Shown here: positions 49,907-63,548 of the stretch, piece by piece
Layout: each line of letters opens with the position of its first letter
Numbering within the stretch: position 1 is the first letter of the stretch
Origin: Marsupella aquatica
Lineage: Eukaryota; Plantae; Marchantiophyta
Length of the DNA stretch: 64,000 nt
Direction of reading: 5' to 3'
NCBI GenBank assembly: GCA_973895155.1
Contig: OZ316892.1
Span: forward strand, 30,479,228-30,543,227
Translations under genes and position numbers: made by a program
Notes under the pieces: generated by a model
The model's database searches: none
The model's input: only the letters and a program-made list of their open reading frames with translations
What the model was told of the DNA's origin: nothing

Positions 49907-52900
49907 CTATTGCAAATCATCAACCTCATCATATTCCATTTGCCCAGGTTCATCATATGTCTCTCTCAATGTTAAGGGGATGTAGTCAGTCCCTGCCCGA
50001 GTTGGAAGTACAGTCTCATGACTAGGATGCTCGAATGCAGCATGGTCATCCAAACTGAACTCTACTTTACTTCCATCCATCCGCCTGTTCCGTGCTTGGC
50101 TATGGCATACCACCCTCCAGCCATGTGACTCCTCCACATCTGCAAAGAAAGCCTGTTCAACTTGGCTAGGGAAAACAAAAGGCTCAGACCATTCTGGTAC
50201 TCTGGACCTAAAATTGGCCAACAAGAACCCATCATGATCACGCTTCATGGTGGCCCTTGGTCTCTGCCACTCTGATTTCACCCATGATCCCTTCATCAAT
50301 ATCACTGGGACACTTGTGTTACCATAATTCAACACCCAAATGTCGTTCAACTCCCCCACGTAACCCATCTTCATCCACCCCCTCTGTTCTTCAGAGGTTC
50401 TCTGCTCAAACACAGAAATCAAACCACAATCATATGACACAATGGTCACCCTGCTCATCCCTCACTCGATAATGATTTCCATAAGCTCTCATCCGTTTGT
50501 AGGTCAGAATAGACAATCGTGGTGGCACAGATAGAAGATACAAACCCTTCTCCATATCTGGGTGATGTCTACTATGCTCTCGAATTGTCACCCGAATCCA
50601 CTGCTCGAACTGTGGGAAGGGATCCTGCTACCCAGAGTGTGCAGCTTTTTGCATATCATATTCCCTGCAATATGAGGTACAGGCATAGTTAGGTCTAAAC
50701 AACACATGACAACCTAAGATCACCCTTGGAACAGACAAGAAGCATCACAACAAAGGCAAGTCAATTCAATCACTCACCTCCACCATGGTTGCATAGGCTC
50801 TGTGTTTGCCAGCACATATGAATGAGCCTTGTCTCAAATCGCAACAGGCAGCTGAACAGCACGTCCCACACCTTCAACAACCTCGCCACTCACTCCATCA
50901 TCTTCACCAGATTTCCAAACTCTTGTCATAGCTTCACCAGACCCAGCCATGTACTCTGTTAGGAATCCCAACGTCTCATCCTTAATGTACCCCAATGCCA
51001 TGGAAGCCTTTGGCCTGTAGTATGTTCTCACATGACCTTTCAACAACTTCATGTATCGCTCCATAGGGTACATCCATCTGGTACTGACTGGCCCATACTG
51101 CCCTAGCTCTTCTACCACATGGATTAGGAGATGAGTCATAACATCAAAGAAAGTAGGGGGGAAGTATATCTCCAAGTCACAGAGGACATAAGCAGCATCC
51201 TGCTTCAACTGCTCCAATCCTTGGGGATCCCACACTTTCACACATATACGGCGAAATACATTGCACAGTCGAAGAATGACATTACGGACTGGTTTCTGCA
51301 TGAGACCTCTGAGGCATAGGGGCAGAATGTGCTGCATCAACACATGGTAGTCATGTGTTTTCATACTGCCAAGTTTATTCTTTGTAATATGCTTCTTGAA
51401 GGCACCAGCATAGCCAAAGGGCACTTTTAGACAGCTCAATCTATACAAGAATGTCTTCCATTCATCCTGTGTGCACACATAGGGAGCTTGGAACTTGAGA
51501 AGTACATTGGGATTGCTTGCATGGGGCTTCAACCAAAGGTGAGGGCGAATCCCCTTCTGTTGCATATCAGCTCGAACTGCTCCTGTATCTTTCTCACCCG
51601 ACAAGAACTTCAGCAAGCTCTCACAAATATTTTTCTCAATGTGCATGACGTCCACATTGTGTTTGCTGGGCTCGAATTCCTGCACTCCACAAAGCAAAGA
51701 ATTCAACAACAGAAACACTAATTAACCACATAGGAGGATTGTAACCAACATCAATCCACCATTGCTCCAATCTAAAATTGCAATCATACAGGGGCTGGAG
51801 GCTAAGTACATTACCCTCCAGTACTCCAACTCCAAGTCCATCAAGGTCTGTCTTTTCACATCGTGTTTCACCACTGGATCCTCAGGTTCTCGATCAGTGG
51901 CACTTCTCTTGTCCCAATCAGCCTTCCTGGCTGCCCACCTCAGGACTTGCTCTCTGGTGACCCTCTGTGGTGGGCCACGAAGCTCTGTTTTGTTGTTGAA
52001 GTGTGCAATTTGAGACCGTGTGTGCCTGTAAGGATGATCAACAGGCAGATACCTTCTATGCCCCTGAAATTTCATACTGTGCAGGGCATGCGACCACTCA
52101 CTTGTCACATTTTTCCCACATGGTGTGCACCCCACATAGCCCTTTGTCACTTGTCCAGATATGATGCCATGGCCTGGGTAATCTACTATATCCAGCAAAC
52201 AAATTGCATGCAGTCTAAAGGGGCTGGGTCGAAGAAGCCCCTTCAGAACATCATGGGTTAACACCCCTTCTATCCACAAAGTCTTCCACTCTTCCACTGC
52301 TGGAGCCAACATGATATCTATGAATTGCTCGGTCACAGAAGCTGGTCCAGGGATTAACAGCACCATCATGACAAAAAACCTCTTTGTAGTCATCCATGGG
52401 GGAAGGTTGTAATTTAGCAGCGTAACCGGCCAACATGAATAACGGTTGTTTTTGTCTCCAAATGGGTTTACTCCATCCAGTGATAGACCAAATCGAAAGT
52501 TCCGCTTCTCTGCAGCAAACTGTGGCCACCTCTCATCAACAAATTTCCAATGGTTGGAATCTCCAATGTGACGCTGCAGGCCATCACTGCTCTTGTTATC
52601 AGGAGTCCATGTCATCAGCTTGGAAATGGCAGGGCATCTAAATAGACGTTGTAGTCTAGGAATGAGAGGAAAATGACGAAGAACCTTGGCAGGATGTGTA
52701 CATTTCCCTACATTCTTGTACCTGTGCTTACCACAATGAGGGCATGTCAATTTATCTGCATGCTCTTTGCGAAAGAGAACACACCCATCAGGGCATGCGT
52801 CAATAGACACATAGTTCAGCCCAAGGTTAGACATCAATTTCCTAGCCTCGTACATATTTTTTGGAATTGAATTACCATCTGGTAACACATTTCGGCGCAG

Positions 52901-53616
52901 GAAGGTCAACAACTCTGTCACAAATATATTGGGAACATTGTGATTGCCACAGATGTTCAACAACAACACGACAAAACCCAGCTTGGAGCAGTTCGACCCC
53001 TCGTAGATAGGAATGCAAGCTTCTTTGATGTGTTTTGGGCCCCCAAACACCCACTCCCTCTCTGCTGCACCTTCCCCAATGTCAAAGTCAGGTTCAGCTT
53101 GGCCGTCGCCAATGTGTGGCTGCGGTCATTGTCCTCTTCTGATTCCACTGTGTCATAAAAAGCATCAAGGTCTTCAAAAATCTCTTGAACCATTCTTGGG
53201 ACATCCATCCCACCGTCCTCAGTGACTGCCTCTGCCTCTCCATCTTGGTCATCCACGTTCTCATGTTGGACCCCAGGACCATCCTCTGCACAGTCTATGT
53301 CCTGCTCTACGTAGTCTCTACGCCTAGCTGTATTAGAATCCACAAAGTCAGCTCTCCACTCTTCATCAGAGGAGTCTTCTTCTGCTGGTACATTCCAAAC
53401 CCTCCACCGAGGGTGCCTTTCATGCCGCAGCAGGTGAAGGTGCACAGTGTTCAAACTCAACGACTTGAATCCTTGGCACTGTGTGCATGGGCATTTCATC
53501 CTCCTACTCCTACCTTGGGCGGCCCGGGCTTGTTCACGCATCCACAATTTAGAATCATGATGCCTAATCCTAAATGGGTTGTGAAGAGGCAACCTTGGAG
53601 CCATCACTATACACAC
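49907..53616 (-). pseudogene. CACTA TnpD/Tnp2 transposase (Transpos_assoc, Transposase_21, DUF4218, DUF4216) with disablements
   Basis: CPCTQC...HLLRH; IDACPDGCVLFR...RNFRFGLSLDGVNPF...YNLPPW; DVMHIEKNIC...KTHDYHVLMQ...FFDVMTHLLIHVVEE...GPVSTRWMYPMERYMK; YVGELNDIWVLNY...EPFVFPSQVEQAFF. Frameshift near 53050 and an in-frame TGA at 50834. Confidence 0.93.
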
Positions 53617-54044
53617 GCACTCAGCACCCTGTCATTTTATTATGCAAGTGAAAAATACACTTCCTGTTAAGGATTTCACCCCCGACTGTACTTGCCAAAA
53701 TACGTAACGTTCCAAAAAAACAAAAAAACAAAAAATATAGGTGCCTGAGTCATGTACCTATTCTCAAGTGAATGAGACAAAATTCCTAAATGTTTGAGGG
53801 TGTCAACTCCTCCGCTGTCCTCACATGTACTGCCTCTGCACGTACATCCATGACCATATCAGAGTCCAATCATGTATAGTCATAGACATAGGTGCCAGGT
53901 GCGAGACCGGTGTGAGATGTCCTCATCTTACTACCACATCAAATACGGATACCAATCCTGTTGTCGATGCCACTCAGCCCTGAGGTACTCAGGCATGTAC
54001 ATTAAGTCATCAAGGTCTAAACCCTGCTCATGCCATGGTGGTCT

Positions 54045-54500
54045 TCAATCCGTGCCTACAAGCAGTGGCAACAGCGCCCTCCATGGTGCACATGTTGCTA
54101 CCAAGTCCCTCCACTGGGTACTAATTAGTCTATATTTGCAGATATCTTGTGCGCCAGACACCACAAGAACCCTCGGCCAGACATGTGTAAGAACTATATC
54201 ATCTGCCAAATCAGGCAACAAGGAACCACCTACAGCATCGTGCTTGTCTAACTCATCTGCTGAAAAGTAAATGTCCTCTTCCGACTGTGCATCCTCATTC
54301 ACCACAACATTCACAACACATCCAAGGTCTGCAGGCATTATCTCGGATGGAGCTACACTCTGTCTGGTTACCAATCCACACAAGTAAGCCCAAGCAGTAG
54401 CCATGCATGATGCAACCCGTAGGAGGACCCTACATAGGGCCTGACGGTCTGGAAGAGGCAGCATACCCACCAAAGTCTTCAACCAAACAGAGCCCAGCAA
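54045..54500 (-). CDS. F-box-motif protein carried inside the CACTA element
   Basis: LLPDLADDIVLTHVWPRV...ICKYRLISTQWRDLV fits the plant F-box consensus. The stop at 54045 may be premature. Confidence 0.6.
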   Translation of the reverse strand: MLGSVWLKTLVGMLPLPDRQALCRVLLRVASCMATAWAYLCGLVTRQSVAPSEIMPADLGCVVNVVVNEDAQSEEDIYFSADELDKHDAVGGSLLPDLADDIVLTHVWPRVLVVSGAQDICKYRLISTQWRDLVATCAPWRALLPLLVGTD

Positions 54501-54820
54501 GTAGATTCACAGTCACACCCCACGCAGCAGGAAACAACAATCACTTCAACTGCGACCAACCATGACAAGATGAGTTAGTTCAAGGATCACATTTATTACA
54601 AAATTGTGATTTATACAAAAATATGAGGGACTCCTACTCCTCACTCTCTCCCACCTTTGCTAAGCATACATCTCCGCTGAATCTTGGAGGGCCAGGCCTC
54701 AAAAATATCAAAGTCCCAAGCATGCTGTCGCTTCCCTCTAGCTGCTGATTCCAGAAGCCAATCAGGGGAAAGCACCCAAAGATTGTTGTTCATGACAAAA
54801 TCATGCACTATTGTCTTAAA

Positions 54821-55777
54821 TGTTATACCCTACCCGGAAACCTACCTGATCCGAGGTTAAACCTCCTATACAGTTAGACCAAGCCTAACCGCCTAAACTG
54901 TCTAGCCACCATAAGAGCTATATGTAATGACCATATGATGAATGAAGTTATTAGTTGTTCAATCCTTTACAACACGTTATCAGCACGATGCTGATTTGAA
55001 TCAATTTTTTCAAGATCATCCTACTTTTTCTCCTGAGTGAAATTTTACCACCTCTTAGGAAGGAATTTATGGCAGGCACAGGTGCAACGGTGGCTAGAAC
55101 CATGAAGGGTGATGGAACATTATAAATCAAGATCACCATCGCAACGAATTGGGCGCAAAACCGAACATTGAGATAAGACACTCAAATTCGCCCATTACAA
55201 TTCACAATCCCTTACTTCAATTCCTCAGATTTGCAATTGCGATGTTGTAATTCGCCCATTACAACATTCAAATACATTAGCAAAATTGTGCTTACAGTCT
55301 ACCACTAAAATGTCATCGCATACTATGGAGAAGCTCTTATTTCAAGCACTCAACATCGATGGTGCCAACTACTTGTCATGGATACTCGATACTGAAGCTC
55401 ATCTAACCTCAAAGAATCTCTAGGATACCGTCATCACTGATCAAGGACAAACACTTCAGCAAAAGGCGCAGGCACTAGTCTTAATTCGACACCATCTGAG
55501 TGAACCTTTGAAGAGGCAATACATGAACGAATACAACCCGAGAGTTCTTTGGGACGCCCTTCAGTCACGCTTTGACCACACGCGCACCATATACCTGCCA
55601 GCGGCCAGACATGATTGGATCAATCTTCGTGTCCAAGACCACAAAACCATTGTTGATTACAATTCTGAACTATTTCGAATTGTATCCCAATTGGCCATCT
55701 GTGGCCATCCCATCAATGATGACGAATAGATTGAGAAAACGTTCTCTACTTTTCACTCCACGAATCTCATTCTCTCG
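54821..55777 (+). mobile_element. Truncated Ty1/Copia (Bianca-like) retrotransposon: 5' LTR, PBS and gag fragment
   Basis: LTR TGTT...AACA (54821-54974); PBS-like CGTTATCAGCACG; gag from ATG 55310 (NYLSWILD...IRHHL...LWDALQSRFDH...DWINLRVQD...YNSELFRIVSQL...EKTFSTFH) with two TAG stops. Confidence 0.85.
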
Positions 55778-56148
55778 CCAGGCACACTGCAGGATGGCGA
55801 GTGGTTCCAGATGATACATTGTGCTCTATGAAAAAACCGACATCCAAGAGAACGGTCATCCAACTCTAGGCCAGAAGCCCTACAGGCAGGACAGTCATAT
55901 TGGCAACTGTGCACACACCCTTGGGCCCTAATTTGTGGCGGGTCATGTACAAGAGACAGAAATACCAAGGATGTTGGGAAGGGTGGAGAAGCAGGTACAG
56001 GCCGGCTGTAGTTGTTCCTGGCAACAACTGGGTACTCAAAGTACCATGCAGACTGGGCTGGAAGGATCCCAAGTCTGACATACTCAAGGTGCAACATCTC
56101 TGCCTTGCGTGCAAGCCGCACATGTTCAGCGTTGCGGGTCCTCACCAT
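55778..56148 (-). pseudogene. Second, 3'-truncated copy of the Cys/His-rich cargo ORF
   Basis: Translation nearly identical to 41492-41862; cut at the Copia junction. Confidence 0.55.
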
Positions 56149-59100
56149 AAGTGTTGCTTTTGTGGAGATGTCGTGTGTTCACGTCCTCTGATAAGCACCT
56201 TCGATCAGCAAGGTGAGCAGGAGCTGTACTTGCCTCACCAACAGCAACCAACCTTAAATTATCAGTTCCCACTCACTGTGTCATTCCATTGGTTCCAGCT
56301 AGGGGTCACAGTGTAAACATAGCATGAAACACTCCTAATCAACTTGCTTACAAACTACAATATCCAGAAAGAGTGAAAGTCTCACCCTCCAGTGAGCAGT
56401 AGAGAGGTAGTTCACTAGATGTGTTGATGTGCAGTTAAACCTCCACTATTGCTTACTTCTGGTGTATGCTGCTCAGAAGAAGACATATTAGTAGCAGCAA
56501 ATTGCAAATAATGGCCATAAGCAAACCGTGAGAGTTTGCAGAATTCTACGACAAATCCATCACAGCAGTGCTCCACAGGAATGAAACCAAGCAAAATTTG
56601 GTGACCTCGGCCAATGACAAGGCCAATGTAGTGAACAATCCTTGACCGATCAGGATATGGATTGGAATTACAATTAGTCAGCTCTTCTTCTTTGTTTTCT
56701 AACTCTGGGGAAATGAGCATGACCAGGGAATTCTCTGAGAAATAGAAGTGCACAGGGAAAATGAAATTGGCTCATTCAGCTGCGCAAGATGGACCATTGC
56801 AACATACTTGGACAGTTGTTCCGCAATACATAAAATACCCTAACTTACATGCAATCGATACAATCTGCTTCTGTTGGCTGTCCTACAGCTCACGGTAGTG
56901 CCGTTGGGATAGGGTAAGTGAATATTGCCATAGCTAAAGCACATTGAGCTTGCAGCATTAAGTGAAGGAGCATGGCCAAAAGCAGAAAAGACAGATAGGT
57001 TTTACAAGACGAAACTAACAACCGCCAATCTGCTCAAATCCGCTGCATAGATCAAACCCTCCGAACTACACAGCCCTCTTTTGAAAACAATCCAATGTGC
57101 TTTGGCTGGTGGATGACAAGGACTGGGAGAAGAGGAAACGTCTACACAATCAATCCAAATGACGGGACACAGAGACCAGGCACAGAGAGGATTTGTGCTT
57201 AGACAAAAACCACAAATTGTAGCATGGGCGCCATAGCATTCTAGACAAAGCACAAAACATAGAATCTATGAATGTATGACTCATGGACTAACAAAATGCT
57301 TGGGTAGCATGGCAAAAGGAAAGACAACATGGCCCATTTTCGCCATTCATTTGATGTTGCTAGGTGTCCGTAAGATGACTGACCCACAGACAATCCCGAC
57401 AACCTCATCTGACAGACTGCTTTTCTAGTGTGAAGAAATACATGATTACAAGCAACACCACGCCTCATCCAAGCAGGGAATTGAAAACATAACCATGTCA
57501 TTCCTGTATTGGACAGTGTCCTCTACCATTGCACTGCATAGTTGTTATTCCATGTTGGTTGTCAACAGTTTGTTGGCTTGCCATAGCCTAGATAGAACAA
57601 TAAAATACTATACATGAATACAACAAGAAAAATCTGCATACAGCGATGGCCCGGTCACTTGAGGAAAAACCAAAACTAAGAAGGCAGGCACATGGGCAAC
57701 CGAGAAAAAAAGCTAGTGGCGCCTCGCGGAGAATCCAGAATGGTAATGCCCTTGCCCAGAAGCTTGGGAAACAAAAGAGAAAAAAGCAAAAACGAGCTAC
57801 CGACCACCGTCTTGACCAGGCCCGCCACAAGGTATGGCTGGAGGCTGTGGTCCCCCCCTTAGTAAAGAAAAGGATGCAAGTGTGTGCACGGGGCACAAGG
57901 CATGTTCGGATCCAGGGAGGAGCACAACAGTAATGTCAAGCAAGAAGTGTGGAGAGACCAAATAGTAAACAAAAATAGGGGAGAACAAACATACATCAGC
58001 AGCAGCAGGAAACGAGAAAGTTGATTTGGGAGGGATTGTAGGGAGAGAGCTTTTGGTGGGCTCGGCTACGCGTGAAATATCAGGAGATAGATGCGCGAGA
58101 GAGTGAAGAGGGTGGCAAACGGAAGACAGGTTGGGACTGGACCCTTGGCGGGGGGTAATATATGGGGTAATATACGCAGAGACAAAGTTGTACTCACTTG
58201 ATTGAGTAGGCAAGTGGGTGGACAAAGATCAACAACCGCAGTAGCAGCACAGCCAGAGAGGCAACAAAGGGGAAATTTCAGCAAAGGTAAGCGACACAGA
58301 CAACTCACCCTCCGTCTCACCCTCCCAGCTCCAAAGTTGCAAGAGCAAGAAGTCAAAGGCACTGAAACAAAGCGGGTGGCAGTTTCAGTATCTCAGGCAA
58401 TGCAAAATTAATCCATACTTAATCAGCCCTGGCCACACGTTCCTTCAAAGCCCCTCATACTAGCAAGCAGGTCTGGCCTGTGAATCTTGTAGTGCTTAAC
58501 AATACAAAGCCTTCCCAAGTACCAATTCAAAAGTAGCAAAAATAGATCGAAAGCTAGTTCCGATGATAGCTCCCAAAAGCTTTCCTCAGCCCGATTCCTA
58601 TGCACATCAGAGGAGCTCAAACCATTTAGAAATGAGATCACAGATTACTCTTGACAATCTCAAAAATGCCACTGACAGCTCCGTCCCCCCATTCTAATTT
58701 CCGACAAGTTTGCCTTAAAGCACATCCACTCGCAGTTCAAGCAGATTCAGAATCATCATAGACAATAGAGTGCTCCACCATAGCCCACGGTAGGTCCACG
58801 ACCATCGTAACGAACGCTCCGCCCAGCTCCGCCCCTACCGGGGCTTATTAGTATTGCTCACTTTTAAGAAGGGCAGTTTTTGCAAAAGCAGTCTAATTGC
58901 CTAGACTGCACTAGAAAAGTTGGAGGCAATATCACAGCGGAGCATTCTGCGTCTAAGGGCCAGCGACGCCGTTCAGGAGATAGATGCGCGAGAGAGTGAA
59001 GATGGTGGGGAGCGGAAGACGGGTTGGGACTGGACCCTTGGTGCCGGTGGGTAATATGTGGGGTTTCAATGAACAATGGGCCAGTTTGAGGAGGATTAAG

Positions 59101-59430
59101 AAGCGCGCACCCCACGTTCTTGTGTGGTGGTTGGGTGGGGTTTTGTTTGATAGAAGAAGAAATCACCATTCTCTTATGGAAGAAAGAAAATCGCAGGAAA
59201 CAGTGGGCGGGAGAACAAGGCATGTAATAGAGAACAACGAGGCATGTAATAGAGTACTTGCGGTTACTCTAACGGTGCACGAACACTCACCTTTGTCTTC
59301 CGCTTTGTCTGCTGTGGCCGACAAATCCCAGAGCGCTGCCGAGCTCGGTGGTTGCTTGATGGTTGAAAGTGCGCAGCTCACGTCCCTACCTCAATGTCCA
59401 ACTCAATGTGGGATGCAGCAGCTTCTCTTG

Positions 59431-59525
59431 GTCGCATCTCCTCTTCGTCGCATCTCCTCTTCGTCGCATCTCCTCTTCGTCGCATCTCCTCTTGGTTGCA
59501 TCTCCTCCTTGTCGCAGCTCCTCTT
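59431..59525. repeat. 16-bp microrepeat (GTCGCATCTCCTCTTC)
   Basis: About three perfect units plus degenerate ones. Confidence 0.75.
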
Positions 59526-61039
59526 GGGGTTCACAGCTAGCGCGCAGCAGCGCTCGATGGTTGACAATGCGCAGCTGAGCTAGGAGAAGAACTGAATGAT
59601 TGTGGCTGCTCTTCTCTGCAGTCCAAGCACCCGGCTGGCAGCTCTGCAAACCCTGATCGTAGCTGCAATCTCTACTCCGTTGATTGAAGAGCCTCCCTCT
59701 TCAAAGCTCGGTTGACCTAGCTCTACGATTGACGGAGCTTTTCATCCTCTGCATCAAAAACCCTCCACCACCCGACCTTGCGCGTACTTCAGGAAGCTCC
59801 TTACCACCAAGCGCTTCTCGGGGATGCCTCGCAACAATGTCCTTACCACCTAACGACTCTCAAGGCTGACTCTCCCAAACCAATGCAAACCCCTTGCAAT
59901 CTAATACACTGTGTCCAAACAGAGGCAGAACTGTCAAAAGCGCTCGCAGTAGTGGACGCAGCAATGTGAAGTGAATGAGCTCCGACCTTCCCTCGCAAAA
60001 TGCTTACCCTAAACTCTGCTCGTATGCTAAACTCACAAACATTCCGCAGGTCGTTCTGTCGCAAAGCACAAATGATGGGGCCCAAATGCATGGGGCGCGG
60101 ACACTCGATACTTCCCTTCACAAAAACCCAGTTTCATACGATGACCAAAGCATACTCACCCTAACCCAAGACTTAGTGCAAACAGGACCCTAAACGCTAA
60201 TCCAGGGCCCGTTTCCGTTGAGTTGAGCCGTTAGGCTTGATGTGTCATGGCCAGAGTCTTGATGTAGGGGAACAATGTGGACTTAATTAGGCAACAAATG
60301 AGTACATTTGGGTGAGGGTAAAGGATAACTTTAAATAAATCCCTTTGGTGACAAAGATGAGGCCACTTAATCAGTTGTGCCCCACCCTACCCCCCCCCTC
60401 CAGGCCCCCCTCATGGAATTACCTCTATCAAAAGTACCCTAAGTTATGAGAAGTACCCGTTACATGGACCTGTTTTGAGAGTTGAAAGATAATCAGAAGT
60501 AAAGGGACCATGGAGAAGAGGGGGCCAATGTAATTAAGTCAAGCATCACTCATTCAAAATACACATGGACATAGTTGGGTACTATATGAGACACCAGGGG
60601 ACAAGACATTTTTGAAGGGTTGGCATATTTACCCTCATCCCTAAACTTGGATGTCGTGCACATAACATCCACTCTCCTACCCCAAGTACAAAACAACTCC
60701 TAACAACTTAGGCCCAATGTAGTCACTTGTGCCCAACCATGTTCATTAAGAGCCTAAATGTTTTCATTTCACCCACATTGCATGTTGTTGGGGGTTCCAT
60801 GGTCTGTTATTATAATGTAACTCCTCATGTGAACTTTGTGAAATTTAGTATTTAAGGGACCATGGAGAAAGTAGGCCAATGGAGTAATTGGAACCATGAA
60901 CCTTTTTGGTCACAAATAAGGCCATCTAATGAGTTATGCCCCTTGCTATCACCATCTTTATAGAATTAACCCTCTTCAACATAAGTGATCATTACCCATG
61001 TAGTGCTAGACTATTCACCGTTCACAAAGTAGCAAGGAC

Positions 61040-63383
61040 TGTCACGCGATTGACATGGGTCTTAACACCAAAAACGTCACTATGGGTGCCAAAACCATCT
61101 CCTTGTACCTGAGGATCACGAAGGGATGTTGTGAATGCCGGTAAACACCAGTTTATGCCCTTAACACCAGACTATCATAGCAAGACTCTATCACACATCA
61201 CCCAAGCTCAATCCCAAGGAACCAAGGTTGGGGATCAGATCTGCGCTCATGATAGTTCTGGTGAGAAGGGGTCTTCATATCGGGCCCGTACACACAGGGC
61301 CTAGCGCTACGGTGCGCATAGGTCTATACATATGCTTACTGTCATAGGTATGTTTCTATTCCGCCGCCGGAATGTACCCATAAACCAGTGACTCCTGACT
61401 GATTCCCGGCTTAGGGACTTCTAAGCCATTGCCCCACCACTCTGCCATTCCACTCTCAACAATCAGAGCTATGACAGTCCTCACCCAGCCCGCTTCAATG
61501 CACCCGGTACACCTCTCAGTGGCGCTGCTAGTTCCATCATACACTCAGATTGCCTCACACACACACACATCCACGAGAGAAATGAGGCCTGAGAGGAAAA
61601 CTCAATTAGATTCAACGATGTGCACAATAGTTCACTGAGAACACTTGATCCGAACACTAGGGCCGAAGGCTGTCTCCTCCAGATTGTGACGTGCTTGCCC
61701 TGCAAGCCCCGTGCTTGCCATGCAAGCTCAATCCTGAACTCAACCTCCTTCACTGCACTTCATTCTTGGGGGCACATACAGATCTCACACCTCCAATTCA
61801 GAACGTCAAGTTACGCATGCATAGTTGACTCGACTTCAAAGCTGGTACCAGGCCTAACGGCGATCTATCCCAGACTACAATGAGGCCCGGCCTCACGCTT
61901 GCCCTGCAAGCTCAGCTCTGGCCATAGATCCCTTAGTGCTCTCCACCAGACAAAGGCCGGGACTCCCCATGGATCACGTAGCCTTGCCAGACTGAACTGT
62001 AAATGCTCCTCCTGCTGCCCCTTAATCAGTACCTCAGCCTCCCTAATGTGCTCACCACAAATCACATTGAAATCCTCCCCACAGTTTACAATCACCAACA
62101 CATCACCTTCACCAAGGCTCTGTATCGGGGGAAAAGAACCCAGTTGTGTTGCCCACTAGAAAGAGCCACAATCCAGCTCGCAAACCTAGCAACCCGTTGC
62201 TGTGAAGCTTGGCTGATTACTCCCTGAGTAATAGCACAACCAAGCTCTCCCAACACGCAGCGTCCAAGTCCAGCCTTGCTTGCACAGAGCTCCTCCCTGC
62301 TGCTCAGTCTAAGTGAGATCACACAACTGAAGTTCCCCCCCATCTCTACCGGGGGGCTGCTCTATATACTCTCATACTGAGCCCAAATGGCTGGGTACTA
62401 CGCTGCTGGAGCCCCATCCCAGCCCTAACAGAGCCGCCACTATCTCTAACTACTGAACCCTAACTCGCAACTTTATTTCTATCTCGAATTGGCTATGTAC
62501 TTCGGATTCGGCCCTCCTCCATGGTTTTCGCGAGCTTGCGCCTCCTCTCCCGATTTCTCTATTTAACCATTTTCTGCGTGGATAGCAGCGTTGGAAGCGG
62601 CTTGAGCTCCTCTTTCCAACGAGGTCAATTATAGCCGATTTGGTCAAATACATAGAGAGTTATGCCCCCGCAACCGAAAGGGGGTACTCACTGCTGAGCT
62701 AACCCGAGTTACATAGCTAACCCGAGTTTGGCTAACCTAGCTATCCTATCTAACCCGAGTAGAGCTAACCCGTGGTCTCGGGTTAGGCCGCTACCCGCTA
62801 TCCGCTATCCGCTAACCTAGCCTAAGCTGAGCCCGAATCCGAGCTTACCTATGCTAACCTGAGGCCGCGCTGACCTGAGCTAAGCTGAAGCCGTGTTGAC
62901 CTGAGCTAAGCTGAAGCCGTGCTGACCTGAGCTAAGCTGAAGCCGTTCTTACCTGAGATAAGCTGAAGCCGTGCTTACCTAAGCTAAGCTGAAGCCGTGC
63001 TCACATAAGCTAAGCCGTGGTCGAGCTTGGGTTAACTCGAAACTGAAGCCGAATCCGCTAATTCCGGCCACAAGTTAACCCGTCACACTAATAAGGCCGT
63101 ATCTTTCTTAATACACCTCTATTTCCCGAGTGTTTTATATCGATTTTACTCGCCTTGACCAGATCTTTCCAATGCTCTTTACAGATCCGGATTTGGTGAC
63201 ATATTGAAAGAGATATGGTCACCGACCACCTGCGACATAGCTTTTATTTCCCTACTCTTAACGCCATGATTGCCCTTATTCTTGCCATCTTGCTAATTGT
63301 TATGTAATATCAATAGCTACTCCTTTCATACAGCAACCTACTTAATCAGATTACAAAATAAGGACCATGTCATTGGCGTCACA
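61040..63383 (-). mobile_element. Solo LTR (2344 bp) nested in the CACTA subterminal region
   Basis: TGTCAC...GTCACA termini; AGGAC TSD (61035-61039 and 63384-63388); same family as 34664-37108. Confidence 0.92.
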
Positions 63384-63548
63384 AGGACCCTTCTCATAGT
63401 CATTTAGAGAACCATATAACACTAATAGTCTTTTGTAGTTTTCAACAAAACCGGCACAATGAGAGCGAGTCGTTTCAAGTATGGAAAAAGGACTTAGTGG
63501 GCTTAGTCCTATAAGGTATGGTCTAAATGGCCCCGGTTTCTACTAGTG

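Larger units (their letters stand above)
45734..63548 (-). mobile_element. Complete CACTA (En/Spm) DNA transposon, 17.8 kb including nested insertions
   Basis: Left TIR CACTAGTAGAAACCGGGGGGTATTTAGACC; right end reverse-complements to CACTAGTAGAAACCGGGGCCATTTAGACC. GGC TSD (45731-45733 and 63549-63551). Subterminal AACGACT/AGGACT motifs. The flanks rejoin into one coding fragment. Confidence 0.95.

Noticed and set aside
56760-60200. Captured host-gene or LINE fragments in the CACTA right arm (e.g. a GNIHLPYP string; ~80-bp direct repeat at ~58080 and ~58973)
   Set aside because: No sustained reading frame or clear domain signature that I can support.
34664-63383. One 28.7-kb LTR retrotransposon bounded by the two 2.4-kb direct repeats
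   Set aside because: Each repeat has its own TSD (ATCAC; AGGAC), no PBS/PPT or matching gag-pol adjoins them, and the second lies inside the CACTA TIRs. They are independent solo LTRs.
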